From Bdellovibrionales bacterium (GTDB taxonomy: Bacteria; Bdellovibrionota; Bdellovibrionia; Bdellovibrionales; JAMPXM01), in the NCBI GenBank assembly GCA_005808505.1, contig SYLX01000231.1, positions 260-64,259 on the forward strand: DNA of 64,000 nucleotides, read 5' to 3'. Below, piece after piece: positions 19,674 to 29,426 of the stretch (position 1 is its first letter; the number at the start of each line of letters is the position of its first letter). The translations under genes were made by a program, and so were the position numbers. The notes beneath the pieces were generated by a model. The model had not been told where the DNA came from. It was given only the letters and a program-made list of their open reading frames with translations, and did no database searches.

Positions 19674-21061
19674 TTGACGGTTTTTGCCGGAGATGAAGGA
19701 GCTGGCGCCGCAGGGGCTGGAGCAGGATCATTTGCTCCCGCTTTTTCCTGGGCACGATCTCGTCTGCGGCCTTTGATATAACCTTCGATTTGTTGCTGTT
19801 TCATGCACGCTTTTACGTAGTCATTCACGGATGCCACAAGCGATTTCATGTTTTCCCGTCTACCCTTGAGCGTTGGATCTAGAACGGAATCATCGGTCGT
19901 CATGTCGATCGCTAGGTGCGGTTTTGAGCCGGGATCGTTTTTGTCGTGCTTCGGATTCGGGACTTCGATTTCTTTGAGCGTTCCTTTGTCGTCGAACACA
20001 AGGCGGTTGAAGAGGTTGGCTTCGATTTCTTCCTGTTTCTCAAGATCGGTGCCGCCTTTAACGACGAGTCCTTTTTTGACTACGCTATCCGTCGGCGAAA
20101 ACTCCATCTTCACGGTGAACCAATCGGCCTGGCGGACCCATTTGCCGTTGGTGTACTTCACTTCGACGAGATCGGCGATGTACGTGTTTTCTTCTTTATC
20201 ACCAGGGGATGGGCACTCTTTCGCGGGACGCGCGAACCAATCCGTTTTTTCTTCCGTCAAGGTTTCACGAACGGTTTTTGCGGCGTTCACCGAAGGAGCG
20301 TTTCCAGTGAGTAGCGTTTTTTCTTTTTGCACGTTTTCCAAGTAGGCGGCGCAATATCCACCTAGGGTACTGCCGGCTTTTGTCGACGCCCAGCAGGTTG
20401 CGGATTCGAACGATTTCAAACCGATGTTCGTTGCGACCGTAAGAATAACAGGCGCCGCGATTTTGTGCTCGAGCATCCACGTCATGAAGGTGCCGATTCC
20501 CTTGCCCGCAACTGCAACCCAGGCGTTAGCCGGCGGAAGAGCCAGTTGAAGTAAAGCTGACTCGCGACGTTTCTTCTCGATCTCGATTTTCTTAACGAGC
20601 AGTTGGCTCTGCGAAAGCACCGACTTATTGGTAAGAACCCAGTCGATTCCGTTGACCTTGACGTTCGGCTTACCAAGATCGGGCCAATCGATTTTCATCG
20701 ACTCGTAGGTGCGCCATTTGAACTCCATCGTCGTCCCGTTAATGGCAAGCTTCGGTAGCTCGATGCCTTTGAGAAGTTCTTTGAGAATTTTGCGATCTGA
20801 GGTTGGTAATCTCGAGAGAATCAATCGATCGTAATCCTCAAGCGTCTCGATTTGATTGAAGCGATTCGCGAAGGCCGCGAGAACAGCTTCAGTCATGATG
20901 GTCTTTTGCGTTTCCGTGATGACGGGCGCTCGGTGTAAGCGAACTTTTCCTGGCGGTACCTGGCGCACGGAAGCAAGCTCGCGAAGAGCCTCACTCTGAG
21001 CCGGCAGCAAATTGACTGAAAAACCTACGAGAGCCGCGCAAAAAACAGACTTCGATCTCAT
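19670..21061 (-). CDS. Secreted hypothetical protein
   Basis: 463-aa ORF with signal peptide, internal hydrophobic segment and Pro/Ala-rich tail. Confidence 0.75.
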   Translation of the reverse strand: MRSKSVFCAALVGFSVNLLPAQSEALRELASVRQVPPGKVRLHRAPVITETQKTIMTEAVLAAFANRFNQIETLEDYDRLILSRLPTSDRKILKELLKGIELPKLAINGTTMEFKWRTYESMKIDWPDLGKPNVKVNGIDWVLTNKSVLSQSQLLVKKIEIEKKRRESALLQLALPPANAWVAVAGKGIGTFMTWMLEHKIAAPVILTVATNIGLKSFESATCWASTKAGSTLGGYCAAYLENVQKEKTLLTGNAPSVNAAKTVRETLTEEKTDWFARPAKECPSPGDKEENTYIADLVEVKYTNGKWVRQADWFTVKMEFSPTDSVVKKGLVVKGGTDLEKQEEIEANLFNRLVFDDKGTLKEIEVPNPKHDKNDPGSKPHLAIDMTTDDSVLDPTLKGRRENMKSLVASVNDYVKACMKQQQIEGYIKGRRRDRAQEKAGANDPAPAPAAPAPSSPAKTVN

Positions 21062-21245
21062 CGGACCCCACCAAAAAAAGACGCAACTGAACTTTGACTT
21101 TCATCATAGCTCACGAGGTGAAACGACCCTAGATCCACCCGCCCATCTCCCGACCTCGGTCTGGGATTCGGCCAGCGAAAACTGTTGTCTCCAAGAAGTC
21201 CAGTTGGCGCGAAACTTTACCGGCTTTCCGTTACACTATCTGCAG

Positions 21246-22247
21246 ATGGAAATTTCCGTATTTATCAATAGCCGCGCCGGCCGCGCGGACCGGGAACTCA
21301 TTGAAAAAGCGGTGCGCACGGCGCTCTTTCGTTGCAAGCTTCGTTTTCTCACGCCGACGAGCATTCCAGAGCTTCAAGCAAACGTTTTAGAGGAAGCAAA
21401 GACCGCCGACGCGTTGATGATCTGCGGCGGCGACGGCACATTAAACGCCGCCCTCCAGCCGCTCTTAAGCGCGCGCGAGACGTTTGAACGTTTTCCGACG
21501 ATCTGCCCTCTTCCCGTCGGCACGGCGAACGATTTCGCCCAAGAGCTCGGAATCGGTCACCGCATCGAACGAGCCGCGCGCCTTGTTCTTGAGGGTGAAA
21601 TCCAAGACGTAGATGTCTTGCAAGTGACTTCGGGTAATAACGAGGCCTTCATGCTGACCAACGGTGGGCTCGGAGTTCCTGCCGAAACGGCTGATCTCGT
21701 AAATCGGTTCCGCAAGTGGCTTGTCGAAACTTCGGAATGCGATGATGTTAAAGCTCACTGGCGCCCGGTGCTTCAGCTCGGAAAACACGCGGTGAAAAAA
21801 GCGGGCTCACGGATTTACGAGCTGACACTCGCGGGGAAGTTGACCCAGTGGTCGATTAACGATTGGAAAGTCGAAGTCGAAATCCCTGGGCAAACGATCC
21901 TCACGACTCACGCACCGTTCATCATGATCAATAATCAAAAGGTCCTCGGAGCCAATTACCAAGCGGCCCCTCTGACGGCGAACAACGACGGCACGTTTAA
22001 CATCATGCTCGTGACCGCCCTCACGTTGGCTGATCAAGCGAAAACGCTGATGAAGATTCGCAAGGGCGAAATCCCGAGCGAAATGGATTGTCCCCGCTTC
22101 GAGGCTTCGGAATGCACGATTCGTCGTCGCGGCGTGCGGCCCCTGACATTCTTCGGTGATGGCGAAATTCTCCACCGCGAGGTTGAAGAAGTTCATGTCC
22201 GCTGTTTGCACCGCGCGCTTCCAGTCTTTGTAAGAGGTGCGGCGTGA
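21246..22247 (+). CDS. Diacylglycerol/sphingosine-kinase-family lipid kinase (YegS/DgkB-like)
   Basis: FINSRAG, GGDGT, LPVGTANDFA, GDGE. Start at MEISVF. Confidence 0.9.
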   Translation: MEISVFINSRAGRADRELIEKAVRTALFRCKLRFLTPTSIPELQANVLEEAKTADALMICGGDGTLNAALQPLLSARETFERFPTICPLPVGTANDFAQELGIGHRIERAARLVLEGEIQDVDVLQVTSGNNEAFMLTNGGLGVPAETADLVNRFRKWLVETSECDDVKAHWRPVLQLGKHAVKKAGSRIYELTLAGKLTQWSINDWKVEVEIPGQTILTTHAPFIMINNQKVLGANYQAAPLTANNDGTFNIMLVTALTLADQAKTLMKIRKGEIPSEMDCPRFEASECTIRRRGVRPLTFFGDGEILHREVEEVHVRCLHRALPVFVRGAA

Positions 22248-23269
22248 AGCGTCTTCAAATTCTCGTAACGGGCGGAACAGGTTTCCTTGGTAAATACGTG
22301 ATGCCTCTTCTCGCTGCGGACTCTTCGGTGCACGCGACGGGACTTTCACGTTCGCAACCCGAAACTCTCCGTGGTGATCTCACGAAGTGGGACGGCGGAA
22401 TCGATGCTTCAAGTCTGCGCGGTGCCTTCGATGTTCTGCTGCACATGGCTGGACATTACGATTTGCGCGCGACGCAAGAAGAAGCATTTCTTCACAACAT
22501 CGCCGGCACTCACAACGCGCTTTCGCTCGCGCAGAAGGCGGAGATTCCGCACATCGTCCACATCTCGACGGTTGCCGTGACGATGAGTCGATCAGGACAG
22601 CGCAAACCCCTTGGCCCTGAGGAACTCGACGTGATCGGCGATTGGCCGGACGCCTACGCTGAAAGTAAAGCGCACGCGGAAAAAATCGTGCGGAGTTGGG
22701 ACTCGATACACTTTAAATCTCGGTTGATTCTCCGCCTCGGAGTTCTCACTGGCGACACGCAAGGCGGCGCGATCCCGCGCATCGATGGGCCGTATCACAC
22801 GGTCGAAAGCTTTCAGCGATTGCGAAAGTTCATCGAAAAAATTCCGGGCCCCGTCCCACTGCCGGGTCGCCGTGGTCGACGACTTCCGATGGTTCCCGTA
22901 GATCGTGCGGCTGAAGCGATTGTGTCGCTTCTCCTCCGCTCGCGGAAAGAAAAATGGGAAGGTACCAAAAGCCTTTACGTCGTGAGCGATCGAGGTCCCA
23001 CGGCCGAAGAACTTTTTCGTTCAACCTTCCGGCACATCGGCCTTCCTCGCGATGTGCAACTTCTTTCGGAACTCCCCTACGGCCTGGTGAAGTCCGCGGC
23101 AGAAAAGCTTACCGGTTTGCCTGCAGAGGAGCTTGAATACGTTTTGCGTTTCCCTCGGTTTGACTTAAGCGAAACCCGGAGCCTTTTGGGCGCGGAATGG
23201 TGCCCGGAGTTCTCTGACTACGAAGCTGCATTCTGGAGAGGCTATGAGTCGTACGTACAGAATCGCTGA
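22244..23269 (+). CDS. Extended SDR; fatty acyl/thioester reductase-like (male-sterility/AcrA1 N-domain type)
   Basis: VTGGTGFLG, HMAGHYDL, YAESK (YxxxK), GDTQGG..RIDGPY; GTGA overlap with the kinase. Confidence 0.8.
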   Translation: MKRLQILVTGGTGFLGKYVMPLLAADSSVHATGLSRSQPETLRGDLTKWDGGIDASSLRGAFDVLLHMAGHYDLRATQEEAFLHNIAGTHNALSLAQKAEIPHIVHISTVAVTMSRSGQRKPLGPEELDVIGDWPDAYAESKAHAEKIVRSWDSIHFKSRLILRLGVLTGDTQGGAIPRIDGPYHTVESFQRLRKFIEKIPGPVPLPGRRGRRLPMVPVDRAAEAIVSLLLRSRKEKWEGTKSLYVVSDRGPTAEELFRSTFRHIGLPRDVQLLSELPYGLVKSAAEKLTGLPAEELEYVLRFPRFDLSETRSLLGAEWCPEFSDYEAAFWRGYESYVQNR

Positions 23270-25391
23270 GCTTTCATTCGGCTCCAGCCGCTGGGATTCT
23301 TCTTACTCCTTCGACATCCACATCGATCGCTTCGAGGTGCAGCGCTTTGGCTGCGAATTCTCGGTGCCGATGGTGAAGTCTTTGATTCAAAGTCTTCGCT
23401 CGCAAGTTGATGCGTTTGCGATTACGTCTCTACCGAAAGAAATTCGTTTCGATGATCGCACTTACGTCCACCGCCAAACCCTCGAAGTCATGTCGACGCC
23501 GTCGAGCGTTCCGATCTGTAGCGGCGAGCGATTGAAGGAGCTTGCGAACATCAATGGTCTCTCGCTTGCGATCAAAGAGAAGCGCATTGTACCGCAGGAC
23601 GGAATTTATTTTCCGTTAGGACTCTTGAATCTTGAGTGTGCGAAGTTTCTCCACGAAAAACACAACGCGCGTTTACTGTATGGCGATCTCGCTTCGCTCT
23701 TTGGAATCCCGGTCATCGCGGATCCGCACTCGAAGATTCTCGCGGCGGTAAAATTTGGTTTGCACGCGGCGAACCTCACGGATCTCAAGAAGCTGGCACC
23801 GGGCCAGTCCTCGCGAGCGCGACGCTACATGGGAGCTGCGAGCTCTCTCGTTTCACTTCGCGACGTGCGCCACATCTTCGTGGACCTGCCGGTACTCTTG
23901 CTTTTTGAGCCCGCCCTTGAATTTGTGCGCGGAAAAGACATCATCGTTCCGTACTCGCATCCGCGCATGGAAGAAGCTCTCGCTCCTTATAAACCGGCGT
24001 CTATTCAGAGCTTGTTCCCCGAGAATTTTAAATGGATTCATCCCTACCTGAATTACTCAGTATTGGATGCGGCCTTGCGACTTTCGAACGGCGTGGATGC
24101 GCCTCTTTCGCTCGAAGCGTGGGAAGAGTTGCTCCAGACGAAGACGGAAGTCACGCAGGCGACGAAGCGCTACATTTTGGGTGCTCGTCCCTCAACCCAA
24201 GTGAAGGTCACCCAACGCGTTCGCAAATTCACTCGTCGAATCAACGCGGAACGCGAACCCGATTTCGCATTCGTGGTTCATTGCCTTTCGTATGATCACC
24301 TCTTCCGCGCGCCCGTCGTGGGACCGCTTTTAAAGCGCGCACCTCCGGAGTGGAACCCCGTCATTGAGAAGAACATCGCCAAACTTCCCGGCATCGTCTA
24401 CGGACGTGCAAGTGGAATCGTGAGCCGCAAAACCGGCCGCGAAACGACCGGAATTTTGTACGGTCTTTTCGCGACTCCGAAGATCATGCGCGAAGAACCG
24501 CCGGAAGTGACGTACGAAAAGATTGAGAAGCTGTGCTATCACGCAGCTGAACAAGGTGCGAAGATCATCGGACTCGGCGCATACACAAAAGTTGTGGGTG
24601 ATGCGGGCGCCACGATCAATCGCAATAGTCCGATCCCGGTCACCACAGGGAATTCTTTGTCGGCGTCCGCCACCCTTTGGGCTTTGTACGAAGCCGTGAA
24701 GAAAATGGATTTGCTCGTGCGCGATCCCGAGTCGGGCCGCTTCGACGCTACGGCGTGCGTGATTGGTGCGACGGGTTCCATCGGAAAAGTTTCGGCAAAG
24801 CTCTTGAGCATGGACTACAAGCGGCTTTGTTTAGTGGCTCCTCGCATGGAGCGGTTGCTCGAATTGAAAGCTGAGATCGAAATTCTGTCGCCCGGCTGCG
24901 AAGTCACCGTCTCTACAAAAGCAAACGACGTTGCCGCTGGCATCGACGTTTTGGTCACAACGACTTCAGCTTTTGATCAGAAGATCGTGGACGTCGAACA
25001 GCTGAAGCCTGGGTGCGTCGTCTGCGATTGCTCGCGGCCGTTGGATTTTACTTTGGAAGATGCGATTAAGCGCCCCGACATCTTGATCATCGAGTCTGGC
25101 GAAGTGATTTTGCCTGGCTCCGGCCGGCAGTTCAACTGTGACCTGGGACTTCCCGGTAACGTCGTGTTTGCGTGTCTCGGCGAGACGGCGTTGTTGTCGA
25201 TGGAGGGCTTGCACGAACCGTTCACACTCGGACGAGAAATCGAGTGGTCGAAGGTTCGACGCATCGACCACCTTGCGCGCGAACATGGAGTGGAGCTCGC
25301 GGCGATCACGGGCCTGCACGGCCTGATTACCGACAAAGAAATTGCGCTCACCCGAAAACTTGCGCTCGAACGCCGCCGTCGTGCGGGTTGA
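23244..25391 (+). CDS. Two-domain protein with a C-terminal acyl-ACP-reductase-like (COG5322) NAD(P)-dependent domain
   Basis: FAFVVH, IIGLGAYTKVVGD, VTTGNS, GATGSIG, DCSRP, FACLGETALL. N-terminal half uncharacterised (LSFGSSRWD...VDAFAI). Confidence 0.78.
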   Translation: MSRTYRIAELSFGSSRWDSSYSFDIHIDRFEVQRFGCEFSVPMVKSLIQSLRSQVDAFAITSLPKEIRFDDRTYVHRQTLEVMSTPSSVPICSGERLKELANINGLSLAIKEKRIVPQDGIYFPLGLLNLECAKFLHEKHNARLLYGDLASLFGIPVIADPHSKILAAVKFGLHAANLTDLKKLAPGQSSRARRYMGAASSLVSLRDVRHIFVDLPVLLLFEPALEFVRGKDIIVPYSHPRMEEALAPYKPASIQSLFPENFKWIHPYLNYSVLDAALRLSNGVDAPLSLEAWEELLQTKTEVTQATKRYILGARPSTQVKVTQRVRKFTRRINAEREPDFAFVVHCLSYDHLFRAPVVGPLLKRAPPEWNPVIEKNIAKLPGIVYGRASGIVSRKTGRETTGILYGLFATPKIMREEPPEVTYEKIEKLCYHAAEQGAKIIGLGAYTKVVGDAGATINRNSPIPVTTGNSLSASATLWALYEAVKKMDLLVRDPESGRFDATACVIGATGSIGKVSAKLLSMDYKRLCLVAPRMERLLELKAEIEILSPGCEVTVSTKANDVAAGIDVLVTTTSAFDQKIVDVEQLKPGCVVCDCSRPLDFTLEDAIKRPDILIIESGEVILPGSGRQFNCDLGLPGNVVFACLGETALLSMEGLHEPFTLGREIEWSKVRRIDHLAREHGVELAAITGLHGLITDKEIALTRKLALERRRRAG

Positions 25392-25440
25392 GGATTCGGG
25401 CCGGGGCGTGGTTTCGGGGTTATGATTGCGCGTCGCATCC

Positions 25441-25465
25441 CGGAAAGGTGCCAGGCACCTTTTCG
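25441..25465. repeat. REP-like palindrome AAAGGTGCC-A-GGCACCTTT between convergent genes
   Basis: Perfect 9-bp arms at 25444-25452 and 25454-25462 with a 1-nt centre; extends imperfectly to 25441/25465. Confidence 0.7.
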
Positions 25466-25485
25466 CGGGCCCCCAGCCCCAACGC

Positions 25486-26712
25486 TCAACTCCGCAACAA
25501 CTCTGGAATCGACTTCCGCACAAGCCGCACGATCGGGATCAACGACGCGATCACCGTCGTCACCGCAGGCAAGAGCAAAGCTTGCAGATAGTGTTGCCCT
25601 TGGATCTCCAAGAAGATCCGGAACTCGCGTGTGATCCCGGGTCCGGGCGGCATCGGGATGCCGCTGCGGAAGGCGAGGCGATCCAAGAGAACCGCGATCA
25701 CAATCCCGACAATGCCACCCGCCACGCCAAGAAACGCGCTCTCACACAACAAAATGCGGAACAAACGACCGCGGCTCTCACCGTTTGCGCGCAATGCACC
25801 GACTTCGCCCGCGCGCTCGAGAAGTCCGACAGCAATCGTGTTGAAGATCCCAAGCGCCACGATCAAAAGCATGATCGAGCGAATGAAGCTGAATTGACTC
25901 TCCAGGAACTTCACCGCGTTTTTGTAGTAGACCGCATCGAGGTCATCGAACGGTTTCGCGTCAAGCTCCGGAAGAGCCGCGGTGATCGCCGCGTGCGCAG
26001 TCGGCCACGCCTCAACGCCGCTCGTCTGAATCGCGAAGTGCTCAACGCGATCCGTATCTAAAAGGCTTTGCGCACGATCAAGATCAATGCGGAAGAAGGA
26101 GTCATCAAACTCTTTCGAACCCGTATGAAAGATCCCGCGAACCGTGAGCTCTAGGCCGTTCATCTGACCATGAACGGTCTGCCCAAGCACAGTGACGAGG
26201 TCCCCAACTTTCAATCCCAAACTCTCCGCCAATCCGCGACCGAGGATGATCTCGTCGGAACCCTCCGCGGAGCCTTCAAGATCACTTCCGGAGATGAAGT
26301 TCATCGCCGTGAAAAACGTGCGCTCGCGATTGGGGAGAATGCCCTCACCACGACCGGCGAGCGTAAGGCCACCCTTCATGAGGAAGGCGTAAAAACTCAA
26401 ACGCGGAAAGACTTCAATAACTTGGCCGGTCGCCTTCAACTTCTTCTCGACGTCTTCCCGACCCGAGATCCAAGTCTTCCACGGCTCCTCAGTCTTTTTA
26501 TCGTAGTAGCCCTTGGGAAAAACATAACCATGGCCGTAGCGGACACGAATCGTGTTCTCGCGGTACTGGTTCATGATGCCTTCGTTGAAGCCTTGATAAA
26601 TCAAAAGTCCCGCGGCGCCGAGCGCTACAGTGAGAAGGCTTGCCGCCGTTCGACGTGGATTCCGAAAGAGATTGCGCCAGGCGAGGAGAACAAGCGTCGT
26701 AAGTGAATTCAT
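25486..26712 (-). CDS. ABC transporter permease, MacB/FtsX/LolE family
   Basis: AWRNLFRNPRRT; one TM, a large periplasmic loop, then three TMs; ERAGEVGALRANG. Confidence 0.92.
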   Translation of the reverse strand: MNSLTTLVLLAWRNLFRNPRRTAASLLTVALGAAGLLIYQGFNEGIMNQYRENTIRVRYGHGYVFPKGYYDKKTEEPWKTWISGREDVEKKLKATGQVIEVFPRLSFYAFLMKGGLTLAGRGEGILPNRERTFFTAMNFISGSDLEGSAEGSDEIILGRGLAESLGLKVGDLVTVLGQTVHGQMNGLELTVRGIFHTGSKEFDDSFFRIDLDRAQSLLDTDRVEHFAIQTSGVEAWPTAHAAITAALPELDAKPFDDLDAVYYKNAVKFLESQFSFIRSIMLLIVALGIFNTIAVGLLERAGEVGALRANGESRGRLFRILLCESAFLGVAGGIVGIVIAVLLDRLAFRSGIPMPPGPGITREFRIFLEIQGQHYLQALLLPAVTTVIASLIPIVRLVRKSIPELLRS

Positions 26713-27395
26713 GTCGACGCTCCTTTCTCCAAGAGACCATCCCGAAGTGTGAACAAAGTTTCCGCGTACGAAACGAGGTGCGTATCGTGGGTCGAAAAGA
26801 TGAAACTCACGCCTTCTTTTTTCTGAAGATCTTTGAAGACGCCAATGATTGTTTCGCTCGTTGCGCGATCCAAATTCGCTGTGGGCTCGTCAGCAAGAAT
26901 GACCTTCGGTCGTTTTGCCAATGCACGTGCGATCGCAACTCGTTGTCGTTGTCCGCCTGAAAGCTCACCCGGTCTCTTGTGTCTGTGTTCAAAGAGCCCA
27001 AGCTTCGCGAGAGTTTCTTCTCCACGAGCCAACGCTTCTTTCTTCGACAGACCGAGCGGGCCGAGAAAATAGGTTGTGTTCTCAAGCGCTGAGAGTGTCG
27101 GAATCAAATAGAAAGCTTGGAAAACGAAACCGAGATCCGCAAGCCGCATCGACTGAAGATCGTTCTCACCGAGTGCACTTACGTCGCGCCCTAGAAATTC
27201 AATCTTCCCGGCGTGCGGCTGATCGAGAAGCCCGAGCAAGTTGAGCAAGGTCGTCTTACCACTTCCCGATGGACCTACGAGGCAAACGAAGGAGTTCTGT
27301 GGTACCGACAAAGTGACACCTTTTAAAACCGGGACTTTCGTTTTCCCCCAGTCGTATCCGTATCCAAGTGAACTGATTTTGTAGAGTTCCGTCAT
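26709..27395 (-). CDS. ABC transporter ATP-binding protein, LolD-like
   Basis: GPSGSGKT, LSGGQRQRVAIARAL, ADEPTANLD, STHD. Start at MTELYK after GAGG. Confidence 0.95.
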   Translation of the reverse strand: MTELYKISSLGYGYDWGKTKVPVLKGVTLSVPQNSFVCLVGPSGSGKTTLLNLLGLLDQPHAGKIEFLGRDVSALGENDLQSMRLADLGFVFQAFYLIPTLSALENTTYFLGPLGLSKKEALARGEETLAKLGLFEHRHKRPGELSGGQRQRVAIARALAKRPKVILADEPTANLDRATSETIIGVFKDLQKKEGVSFIFSTHDTHLVSYAETLFTLRDGLLEKGAST

Positions 27396-27530
27396 CCTAG
27401 ACCTCGGGACGAAGAGGAAGGCAAAAAGCAGGTACAGTTTAGGGCGGTGATCTCCGAAACACGAGTCGAGTTTCTCACTCGAAGCTTCGCAACGATGCGG
27501 AAGACTTGTAGAATCAGGCCTTGAAGGAGC

Positions 27531-28286
27531 TTGAGCCAAATGAATATGCAATTCGCAGTTACGCCCATGGGATTCCTCATCTGCAGCGCAATTGCCACGG
27601 CGCTCGCTTCCAGCTTCATACCCGAAGCCTCGCTCGCCGGCAAAAGCAACGGCGAACAGATGCTCGCGAAAGCCGACCATATCCGCAATCCCTCAAGTTC
27701 CTACCGCATGCGCATTGGCGTAAAAAGCGAAGACGATGAACGCGAATTTGACGTCTTTCTCAAAGGCACCGACAAGACCTTGATCGTGGCTAAAGAGCCA
27801 GCCCGCATGCGCGGACAAAACATGCTCATGCTCGATCGCGACTTCTACGCTTACGTTCCGAACTTGAAGAAATCTCTTCGCCTGAGTCTGTCGCAGAAGA
27901 TGATGGGACTTGTCGCTAACGGCGACATCGCGCGAACACGCTGGTCAGGCGATTACACCGTTTTCGTTGAAAAGGGCGACGCCAAAGAAACGCAGATGCT
28001 CCTAAACGGCACGAAGAAGAATCTCACTTACCAAAAAATTCGTCTCTGGCTAGACACCTCAACGTCACGACCTCTTCGCGCGGAATACCTTTCACTCAAT
28101 GGTAAAGCCGTTTTGAAAAAAGCGGCTTTTGAGGAATACAAAACTCTCGCGGGAAGCCAACGCCCCAGCCGCATTCGTATCGAAGACGCCGGCGGCAAAC
28201 AGAGCACGATCGTGATTCAAGATATGGAATCGAGCGATCTCGACGAGAGCACCTTCACGCTCGCGAATTTAGAGAAAGCAAAGTAA
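27531..28286 (+). CDS. LolA-like outer-membrane lipoprotein-sorting periplasmic protein
   Basis: Signal peptide; GQNMLM; YVPNLKKSLRLS..QKMMG..ANGDI; YQKIRLW. Start may be 27540. Confidence 0.85.
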   Translation: MSQMNMQFAVTPMGFLICSAIATALASSFIPEASLAGKSNGEQMLAKADHIRNPSSSYRMRIGVKSEDDEREFDVFLKGTDKTLIVAKEPARMRGQNMLMLDRDFYAYVPNLKKSLRLSLSQKMMGLVANGDIARTRWSGDYTVFVEKGDAKETQMLLNGTKKNLTYQKIRLWLDTSTSRPLRAEYLSLNGKAVLKKAAFEEYKTLAGSQRPSRIRIEDAGGKQSTIVIQDMESSDLDESTFTLANLEKAK

Positions 28287-29416
28287 TGCGCATTTGGGGG
28301 TCAGCCGTCACGCTCACCTCCTTGCTTTTTGCGACCGCACATCCGTGTCTCACCTGGGCGCAATCGACTTCAGCCAAAAAGAGAAATCCTTGGGAAGTCT
28401 CGGCCGTGCTGAACCCGCGACTCACGGCACTTCAAGCCAACGAAGGCGAGTTTTCTCGCGCGACGTTTCTTAAGTCTTCGCTCACCGCAAAAAAGGGCGG
28501 CTTCGGATTGTTCGCCGAAGGATTTGTAGAACACGATTTTGCGGAGTGGGACAAACAACCAACAGCGCTCGCATTACCCGAGCTCCGCAAATCGCGGGAC
28601 ACGGGTTACCTCCAAGAAGCTTATCTCGAGTATCAATACTCGCGCGTATCGATTCGCGCAGGTCGCCAGTCCGTGCGCTGGAGTCAGTCGTGGACCCTTC
28701 CGTCACTTGATGTGTTCACCGCGAGAAGATGGAACCGGCTCTTTCTTGATCCGTTACCTGAGCAGCTCGTACATTCGGATGGTGTACTCCTCAGCTACGC
28801 GGCGTCCGACATCGAGGCCGATCTCTTTCAAGTGATTCAGCCAGCGGAGAACTCTTTTCCCGAACCTCTCCCGAACGAAACACGCAAGCCCGAAGCGCAA
28901 ACCGGCGCGCGGATCAAAGCGCGCGTAAAGGGCTTTGACGTCATGCTCATGGGACGAATCAAGCCGAACGAAGTTCTAGGCGGAGCCGCCCTTAGCTACG
29001 CGCTTGATTGTTGCGTTCTCAAAGTTGAAGGCGGCAAAGTCGAAGCCAGCAAAGGATTTTTCATCGCGGGTGTCGATGTCTTCCTAGGAGATTTCTCGTT
29101 TCAACCGCAAGCGACTTGGTTTCAAGATCCCGTGCTCACAAACAAGGATATCGAAACGATCTTGTACGCCCCCCTTCGCTATACTTGGGGCCGCACGACG
29201 TTCGAGGCTCAATACTTCCGTTACATCGAACGCGAGGATCAATTTGCTTCGGCCTTGATCAGCCGAGATCTTGGCGAGTGGGCGAAGAGTTCTTTCAAAA
29301 TTTCAGCATTCATTCAAAACTACGAAGGTCGCGACGACCGACTCTTTGGCATCTACCGATTGCAGACAAGCGGAACGGTCGGCGGCATCTCGCTCGACAT
29401 CCTAACGTCGTTATAA
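28286..29416 (+). CDS. Putative outer-membrane beta-barrel partner of the LolA-like protein
   Basis: Signal peptide; LQEAYLEY...RAGRQSVRWS...DVF; TAATG coupling. Confidence 0.7.
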   Translation: MRIWGSAVTLTSLLFATAHPCLTWAQSTSAKKRNPWEVSAVLNPRLTALQANEGEFSRATFLKSSLTAKKGGFGLFAEGFVEHDFAEWDKQPTALALPELRKSRDTGYLQEAYLEYQYSRVSIRAGRQSVRWSQSWTLPSLDVFTARRWNRLFLDPLPEQLVHSDGVLLSYAASDIEADLFQVIQPAENSFPEPLPNETRKPEAQTGARIKARVKGFDVMLMGRIKPNEVLGGAALSYALDCCVLKVEGGKVEASKGFFIAGVDVFLGDFSFQPQATWFQDPVLTNKDIETILYAPLRYTWGRTTFEAQYFRYIEREDQFASALISRDLGEWAKSSFKISAFIQNYEGRDDRLFGIYRLQTSGTVGGISLDILTSL

Positions 29417-29426
29417 CGAGGGAAAA

